Assembly: GCA_046758965.1 (NCBI GenBank)
Contig: JBHIBG010000041.1
Span: 1-22,460, forward strand
DNA: 22,460 nucleotides
Reading direction: 5' to 3'
DNA from: Candidatus Methylomirabilia bacterium
GTDB taxonomy: Bacteria > Methylomirabilota > Methylomirabilia > Rokubacteriales > CSP1-6
Part shown: positions 16,707 through 22,460 of the stretch, in pieces
Position numbering within the stretch: position 1 is the stretch's first letter
Layout: every line of letters begins with the position of its first letter
Notes under the pieces: generated by a model
Databases searched by the model: none
What the model was told of the DNA's origin: nothing
The model's input: the letters and a program-made list of their open reading frames with translations, nothing else
Program-made: the position numbers and the translations under genes

Positions 16707-17150
16707 ATGGCGAAACCCCGCAGGCACAAGGCCGCGCTTCGGTCTCTCTCCGAGGCCGAGCTCAGGCAGACGCTCTTGGCCAAGCAACGAGAGCTGCGGA
16801 CCTCGATCCGTCAGCAGCGGGGCGGTCTCCGGGAGGCAGGTGTCGACCTGGCGGTCGACTCCCTGGGAGACCAGGCCGAGCGGCCGGTCCTGACGCCGGA
16901 AGCGGAGATGGACTACGAAGTGATCGATCAACGAGCCCGGCTCCTGACGCAGGTCAACCATGCCCTGAAGAAGCTGGATAAAGGGAGTTACGGACGGTGC
17001 GAGAACTGCGAGGAGCCGATCCTGCCCGCCCGGCTCCGGGCGCTACCGTTCGCGGTCCGGTGCACCCGCTGCCAGGAGATCTGGGAGCGCGAGCGGCAAC
17101 GGGTGGAGGGGAGAGTATCCGCCTACGCCAGCACCGTGGCGGACGATTGA
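16707..17150 (+). CDS. TraR/DksA-family C4 zinc-finger protein with a variant tip motif
   Basis: Coiled coil followed by YGRCENCEEPILPARLRALPFAVRCTRCQ. SD AGGAGG. Confidence 0.88.
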   Translation: MAKPRRHKAALRSLSEAELRQTLLAKQRELRTSIRQQRGGLREAGVDLAVDSLGDQAERPVLTPEAEMDYEVIDQRARLLTQVNHALKKLDKGSYGRCENCEEPILPARLRALPFAVRCTRCQEIWERERQRVEGRVSAYASTVADD

Positions 17151-17162
17151 GAGGAGCTGCGC

Positions 17163-19556
17163 ATGGCTGACGAGTCCAGACCGATCCTGCCCGATATCCT
17201 TTCGGTCCTCCCCCTCCGGGATACGGTGCTGTTCCCCCAGGCAGTGCTGCCGCTGTCGGTGGGACGACCCGCGTCGATCCGCCTCGTGGACGAGGCCCTT
17301 CAGGGCTCCCGCATGATCGCGGTGATCACCCAGCGAGACCCGACGACCGAGGAACCCCGGGCCGACGATCTCTTGCCCGTCGGCACATGGGCCGTCATCC
17401 ACAAATTGCTCAAGCAGCCCGATGGGACGCTCAGGCTGATCGTCCAAGGGCTCGGCCGAATCCGGCCCACCGAGGTCATCCAGGAGCTGCCGTTCCTCAA
17501 GGCCCGAGTCGAGGCCGTGGAGGAGATCGAGCCAGCGCCCGGCGATCTGGAGACCCAGGCGCTGGCCCGCAACGCCGCCTCCCTCTTCCAGCAGATCGTC
17601 TCTCTCTCCCCGGTGCTTCCGGACGAGCTGGCGGCCGTCGCAGCTACCGTCACCGATCCCGGGCGATTGGCAGACATGACCGCGGCGGTGCTCCCGACCC
17701 TCACCACGGCCGTCAAGCAGGAGCTCCTGGAGACCGCGGAGGTGAAGCTCCGGCTCCAGAAGCTGGTCACGAACCTGACCAAGGAGACCGAAGTCCTGGA
17801 GCTGGGCTCGAAGATCCAGTCCCAGGTCCAGTCGGAGATGTCCAAGTCCCAGCGGGAGTACTACCTCCGTGAGCAGCTCAAGGCCATCCAGCGCGAGCTC
17901 GGCGAATCCGACGAGCGGACCCAGGAGACCGAGGAGCTCAGGCGGCGAATCGAGGCCGCCGGCATGTCCGACGAGGCCCGAAAGGAAGCCCTGCGCGAGC
18001 TGGACCGGCTGGCCAAGATGCCGCCTGCCGCCGCCGAATACAGCGTGACCCGCACCTACCTGGACTGGCTTATCGCGCTCCCGTGGCAGACGGAGACTAC
18101 CGACCAGATCGATATCGCGACTGCCCGCCAGATCCTCGACGAGGACCATTGGGGGCTCGAGAAGGTCAAGGAGCGAATCCTGGAGTACCTGGCCGTGAAG
18201 AAAATCCGCCCCGGCGGCAAAGACCCGATCCTCTGCTTCGTCGGACCCCCAGGAGTGGGAAAGACCTCCCTCGGGAAATCCATCGCCCGCGCCCTGGGCC
18301 GGAAGTTCGTGCGGATCTCGCTGGGCGGCATGCGGGACGAGGCCGAGATCCGCGGACACCGCCGCACGTACATCGGGGCGCTCCCCGGCCAGATCATCCA
18401 GGGGCTCAGACGGGCCGAGTCCAAGAACCCCGTCTTCATGCTGGACGAGATCGACAAGCTGGGGATGGACTTCCGGGGAGACCCGGCCTCGGCGCTCCTG
18501 GAAGTGCTTGACCCGGAGCAGAACGCCAACTTCCGGGACCACTACGTGGACGTGCCCTTCGACCTCTCCAAACTGCTGTTTATCACCACGGCCAACATCC
18601 TGGACCCGGTGCCGCCGGCCCTCCGGGACCGAATGGAGATCATCGAGCTGACGGGCTATACTGAAGAGGAGAAAGTCGCCATCGCCCAGCGCCATCTGAT
18701 TCCCAAACAGGCCGGGGAGCACGGCCTCACGCCGGACAGCGAGATCCGCTTCACGGAGGAGGCACTGCGCGTGCTGATCCGAAGCTACACGCGCGAGGCG
18801 GGGCTTCGCAATCTCGAACGGGAGGCTGCCACGCTCTGCCGCAAGGTGGCCCGGCGACGGGCCGAGGGCCGGACCGACCCGGTGACCATCACCCCTGAAA
18901 TGGTGAGTGAGTTCCTGGGCGTGCCCAAGTATCTCCGAGAAGAGCTGGAGGAGCGGACCCGGGTGCCGGGAGTTGCGGTCGGGCTGGCCTGGACGCCCGC
19001 GGGGGGGGACATCCTGTTCGTCGAAGCCACTCGGATGAAGGGCGGCAAGAATGTGACGCTCACGGGCCAGCTCGGCGAGGTCATGAAGGAATCGGCCCAG
19101 GCGGCTCTGTCCTGGGTCCGGTCGCACGCGGCCGAGCTGGGGATCTCGCCCAACTTCTGGGAGACCTCGGACATCCACCTCCACGTCCCTGCGGGGGCGG
19201 TCCCCAAAGACGGGCCGTCCGCCGGGGTGACGATTGCCACGGCCCTCGTCTCCCTCCTCACGGGTCTCCCCGTACGACGGACCCTGGCCATGACCGGCGA
19301 GATCACCCTGACCGGGCGGGTCCTTCCGGTCGGGGGGATCAAGGAGAAGGTGCTGGCGGCCAAGCGGGCCGGGATTCAGACGGTGATCCTCCCGAGGAGA
19401 AATGAAAAGCACCTCCTGGAAGAGGTGCCTCAAGCGGCGCGTCAGGCCCTGAGCATCCACCTGGTGGATTCCATGGACGAAGTGATGGATCTCGCCTTCG
19501 CGGAGCCGGTGCGGACCGGCCGGACGCCTCACGCGTTGGCCGGCGCTCCCGGATGA
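17163..19556 (+). CDS. lon: ATP-dependent protease La (LonA)
   Basis: LPLRDTVLFP N-domain, GPPGVGKTS, RRTYIGA, catalytic PKDGPSAG and GGIKEK. Confidence 0.97.
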   Translation: MADESRPILPDILSVLPLRDTVLFPQAVLPLSVGRPASIRLVDEALQGSRMIAVITQRDPTTEEPRADDLLPVGTWAVIHKLLKQPDGTLRLIVQGLGRIRPTEVIQELPFLKARVEAVEEIEPAPGDLETQALARNAASLFQQIVSLSPVLPDELAAVAATVTDPGRLADMTAAVLPTLTTAVKQELLETAEVKLRLQKLVTNLTKETEVLELGSKIQSQVQSEMSKSQREYYLREQLKAIQRELGESDERTQETEELRRRIEAAGMSDEARKEALRELDRLAKMPPAAAEYSVTRTYLDWLIALPWQTETTDQIDIATARQILDEDHWGLEKVKERILEYLAVKKIRPGGKDPILCFVGPPGVGKTSLGKSIARALGRKFVRISLGGMRDEAEIRGHRRTYIGALPGQIIQGLRRAESKNPVFMLDEIDKLGMDFRGDPASALLEVLDPEQNANFRDHYVDVPFDLSKLLFITTANILDPVPPALRDRMEIIELTGYTEEEKVAIAQRHLIPKQAGEHGLTPDSEIRFTEEALRVLIRSYTREAGLRNLEREAATLCRKVARRRAEGRTDPVTITPEMVSEFLGVPKYLREELEERTRVPGVAVGLAWTPAGGDILFVEATRMKGGKNVTLTGQLGEVMKESAQAALSWVRSHAAELGISPNFWETSDIHLHVPAGAVPKDGPSAGVTIATALVSLLTGLPVRRTLAMTGEITLTGRVLPVGGIKEKVLAAKRAGIQTVILPRRNEKHLLEEVPQAARQALSIHLVDSMDEVMDLAFAEPVRTGRTPHALAGAPG

Positions 19557-20230
19557 GAGCGGGCTGTCGCGCTTTCTTTGCCCTCGCGCTCTCGATCGGG
19601 GTCACGAGCGGACCTCAGGCTGGCGTTGCCGGGTCATTTCGTTTCGTGGACCGGCAGGGCGTGGTCCACTTCACCAACGTTCCCACCGATCCCACGTATC
19701 AGCGACTGGACGGCCGCAACCGGAAGGCGACAGCCCGGCTCCAACTCCGAGACACCCTCACGGGAAGGTACGGCAGTGAAATTCAGGAGGTCTCGGCCCG
19801 GTACGGCGTGGACGCCCGCCTGATTGAAGCGATGATCCACGTCGAGTCAGCCTTCGATCCCTGGGCCCTCTCCCCCAAGGGCGCTCAGGGGCTCATGCAG
19901 CTCATGCCCCGGACAGCAGCATCCCTCGGAGTCCGGGACCCCTTTAGCCCTCGCGAGAACATCGAAGGCGGGGTCCGGCTCCTCCGGTCCCTGATCAACC
20001 GCTACCGTGGCAACCTTCCCCTGGCCCTGTCCGCCTATCATGCCGGGGTCCAGCCGGTCGACCGCTCCCGGGGGATTCCTCCCTACCCCGAAACCCAGGA
20101 GTACGTTCGGCGCGTCCTCGCGCTCTACCACCCCAGCAGGAACCAAACCTTGCGCCCCTTGATCTACAGCTACGAGGACGCCGAGGGAACCCGCATCTAC
20201 ACCAACATCCCGCCCGCCGGCCGCCGCTAA
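19553..20230 (+). CDS. Exported SLT-family lytic transglycosylase flanked by two DUF4124-like segments
   Basis: Signal peptide, VESAF, GAQGLMQLMP, ENIEGG, AYHAG and ETQEYV. ATGA overlap with lon. Confidence 0.88.
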   Translation: MRAGCRAFFALALSIGVTSGPQAGVAGSFRFVDRQGVVHFTNVPTDPTYQRLDGRNRKATARLQLRDTLTGRYGSEIQEVSARYGVDARLIEAMIHVESAFDPWALSPKGAQGLMQLMPRTAASLGVRDPFSPRENIEGGVRLLRSLINRYRGNLPLALSAYHAGVQPVDRSRGIPPYPETQEYVRRVLALYHPSRNQTLRPLIYSYEDAEGTRIYTNIPPAGRR

Positions 20231-20308
20231 CGACCTGCGGCACGCTCCTGGAAGCCGAATGAGTGATGGCTGGCCGCGTCACGAGCAGGACGAGGGAGGA
20301 GGGAATGG

Positions 20309-20869
20309 CTACTTCAGCAGGAGCTGGAGAAAACGAAAGTCCTCGGTGTCGGCGGTCCTGAGGAGCTGGAAGACCACGCTCTCGGTAGAGGTAACCACGG
20401 CCCCCGCCTGACGCAACTGGTCCAGGGCGATCTGTCCGTTCTCCCGCCTTCGCGAGCAGGTCGCATCCGCCACCACGTGTACGGTGTACCCCTGAGCGAC
20501 GAGGTCGAGCGCTGTGAGGAGAACGCAGACGTGGGCCTCGATCCCCGCGAGGATCACCTGCCGGGCGCCCGCCGCCTGCAGCCGCTGGGTGAACCCCTCG
20601 GCTGCACAACAGGAAAAGGCCACCTTCTCGATCGGTTCGATATTGCCAAGAGACGCCTTGAGCTCGGGGAGGGTATGGCCCAGTCCCTTTGGATACTGCT
20701 CGGTCACCTCGATCGGAATGCCGAGCCGCCCGGCTGTCGCCGCCAGGATCTTGAGATTCTTGACCATATCCTCCCGCTGCTCCGGATCCATGGCGGCGAA
20801 GAGTCGCTCCTGGACATCCACCACGAGCAGGAGAGTTCCCTCCCGGGTCAGCGTGATCGGGGTGCCCAT
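20309..20869 (-). CDS. Isochorismatase-family cysteine hydrolase (YcaC/ISOC-like)
   Basis: VDVQERL, TEQYPKGLG, EKVAFSC and GIEAHVCV (Asp-Lys-Cys triad). SD AAGGAGG. Confidence 0.9.
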   Translation of the reverse strand: MGTPITLTREGTLLLVVDVQERLFAAMDPEQREDMVKNLKILAATAGRLGIPIEVTEQYPKGLGHTLPELKASLGNIEPIEKVAFSCCAAEGFTQRLQAAGARQVILAGIEAHVCVLLTALDLVAQGYTVHVVADATCSRRRENGQIALDQLRQAGAVVTSTESVVFQLLRTADTEDFRFLQLLLK

Positions 20870-20888
20870 CCTCGGGACCTCCTTGCCA

Positions 20889-22415
20889 TCAGCGGTTGAG
20901 CGCGCGGTCCAAGCCCCGGTACTGGATGGCCTCGGCCACGTGCTCGGGCGCTATTCTCTCACGCCCCTCGAGATCCGCAAGGGTCCTGGCCACCTTGAGG
21001 AGCCGGTCATGCCCCCGCGCCGAGAGGCCGAGCCGTGACATGGCCAGATTCAACAGCTGCTGCCCCTCAGCCGGGATCTGGCAGAAGCGGCGCACCTGGC
21101 GGGTGGTCATCCGTGCATTCAGCCGGAGTGCGAGCGAGGCGAAGCGCTCACCCTGAATCCCCCGAGCCCTGAGCACCCGCTCCCGGATGAGGCCTGACGG
21201 CTCCCCCGGCGGTCTCTGCGCGAGCTCCGCGTAAGGCACGGCGGGAAGCTCGAGGTGGAGGTCGATCCGGTCGAGCAGCGGGCGGGAGAGGCGCGCGAGG
21301 TACCGCTGACGCTCGCCCGGAGTGCAGACACACGCCTCGAGCGTGGGGCAGCCCCGGCGGCATGGGTTAGCAGCGGCCACGAGCTGAAAGCGGGCCGGGA
21401 AGGCCACCGCCCCCGTCGCGCGCGCCACGACCACCTGCCCGTCTTCGAGGGGCTGGCGCAACGCGTCCAGCACGTGCTGAGGGAACTCCGGTAGCTCATC
21501 CAGGAAGAGCACTCCCAGGTGGGCCAGGCTCACCTCGCCGGGATGCGGCACGCTGCCGCCTCCAATCAGACCGGCCTCCGAGGCCGTGTGATGCGGGGCG
21601 CGAAACGGACGTCGGCTCACCAGCCGCCTGTCCGGGGGGAGCAGGCCGGCCACGCTCCGGATGGTGGAGACCTCGATCGCCTCGTTGAGCGACAGTGGAG
21701 GGAGGATGGTCGGAAGCCGCCTAGCCAGCATCGTCTTCCCGACGCCGGGCGGGCCGATCATCAGGAGATTGTGGCCCCCCGCCGCAGCCACCTCCAGCGC
21801 GCGCACGGCGTGGGCCTGACCCCTTACCTCCGAGAAGTCTCCCTCCTCACCTCCCGGATGGATCAGAAGGCCCGAGGTATCGAGGGCCACGGGCCCGAGA
21901 ACCCGCTCCCCGTTCAGGAACTCCACGGCTTCCCGGAGGGTGGACACCGGACGCACCTCAATTCCCTCCACCACCGCGGCCTCAAGAGCATTGGCCCGTG
22001 GGAGGAGCACGGCGAATGGCCCCTCGCGCCGGCAGGTCAGCGCCACCGGCAGGACCCCCCGCACCGCACGGACCTCGCCGTCGAGGCCCAGCTCACCGAG
22101 GGCTACGCACCCTTCGAGAAGCTCACGCTTGAGCGCGCCCGTGCCTGCCAGGATGCCGAGGGCGATGGGGAGATCGAATGCGGCGCCCTCCTTGCGAAGC
22201 TCGGCGGGGGCCAGACTCACCGTCAGGCGCTCCTGGGGGAAGGTGAACCCGGCGTTCTTGACCGCCGCGCGGACGCGGTCGCGGCTCTCCCGCACCGTGG
22301 AGTCGGGGAGGCCGACGGTGGTGAAGGCGGGGAGGCCAGGCGTCACATCCACCTCGACGGAGACCAGCGCCGCTTCGATCCCGATCAGGCAGGCCGAGCG
22401 GACGCGGGCCAGCAT
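20889..22415 (-). CDS. comM: ComM/YifB Mg-chelatase-like AAA+ helicase
   Basis: VGLPD..VRESRDRV, KEGAAFDLPIA, GPPGVGKT, RPFRAPHHT, GEVSLAH, FLDELPEF and VARTLADL. Start at ATG 22415. Confidence 0.92.
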   Translation of the reverse strand: MLARVRSACLIGIEAALVSVEVDVTPGLPAFTTVGLPDSTVRESRDRVRAAVKNAGFTFPQERLTVSLAPAELRKEGAAFDLPIALGILAGTGALKRELLEGCVALGELGLDGEVRAVRGVLPVALTCRREGPFAVLLPRANALEAAVVEGIEVRPVSTLREAVEFLNGERVLGPVALDTSGLLIHPGGEEGDFSEVRGQAHAVRALEVAAAGGHNLLMIGPPGVGKTMLARRLPTILPPLSLNEAIEVSTIRSVAGLLPPDRRLVSRRPFRAPHHTASEAGLIGGGSVPHPGEVSLAHLGVLFLDELPEFPQHVLDALRQPLEDGQVVVARATGAVAFPARFQLVAAANPCRRGCPTLEACVCTPGERQRYLARLSRPLLDRIDLHLELPAVPYAELAQRPPGEPSGLIRERVLRARGIQGERFASLALRLNARMTTRQVRRFCQIPAEGQQLLNLAMSRLGLSARGHDRLLKVARTLADLEGRERIAPEHVAEAIQYRGLDRALNR

Positions 22416-22422
22416 GGCCTGG

Positions 22423-22451
22423 ATTTTTCGCCGGCCCTTCCCCGCCGTCAA
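22423..22451 (-). promoter_or_regulatory. Putative sigma70 promoter of comM (near-leaderless)
   Basis: TTGACG-N17-AAAAAT, then 7 nt to the ATG. No SD. Confidence 0.5.
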
Positions 22452-22460
22452 CGTCCAAAG

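Noticed and set aside
17043..19532. 829-aa ORF antisense to lon, and similar long ORFs opposite pilR/pilS/pilT/pilB (2918-4381, 6924-8027, 8015-9331)
   Set aside because: Fully overlap well-conserved genes, have no recognisable motifs, and are expected from high GC3.
20291..20361. GGAGG + ATG 18-codon ORF on the + strand after slt
   Set aside because: Almost wholly antisense to the isochorismatase 3' end, with no coding features.

Overview
High-GC bacterial chromosomal window with no mobile element, RNA gene or CRISPR. The pilin style and gene set resemble Ca. Methylomirabilota/Rokubacteria, but that assignment is inference only. There are three blocks. (1) A type IVa pilus locus, pilB-pilT-pilC-pilS-pilR...pilA (minus strand). 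It has a clear sigma54 pilA promoter and candidate PilR sites, a divergent methyltransferase + GT2 pair inserted between pilR and pilA, and mazG + a macrodomain gene directly upstream of pilB. (2) A DUF1844 gene behind a CIRCE-like operator, converging on a hypothetical membrane-anchored protein. (3) A heat-shock operon hsp20-dnaK-dnaJ-hspR-dksA-like-lon-slt with a HAIR-like operator on its -35, followed by convergent comM(yifB)-isochorismatase. The most unusual signals are in block 3: no grpE, a DnaJ with SPD instead of HPD and no G/F region, and a DksA-like protein with a DxxExP tip.
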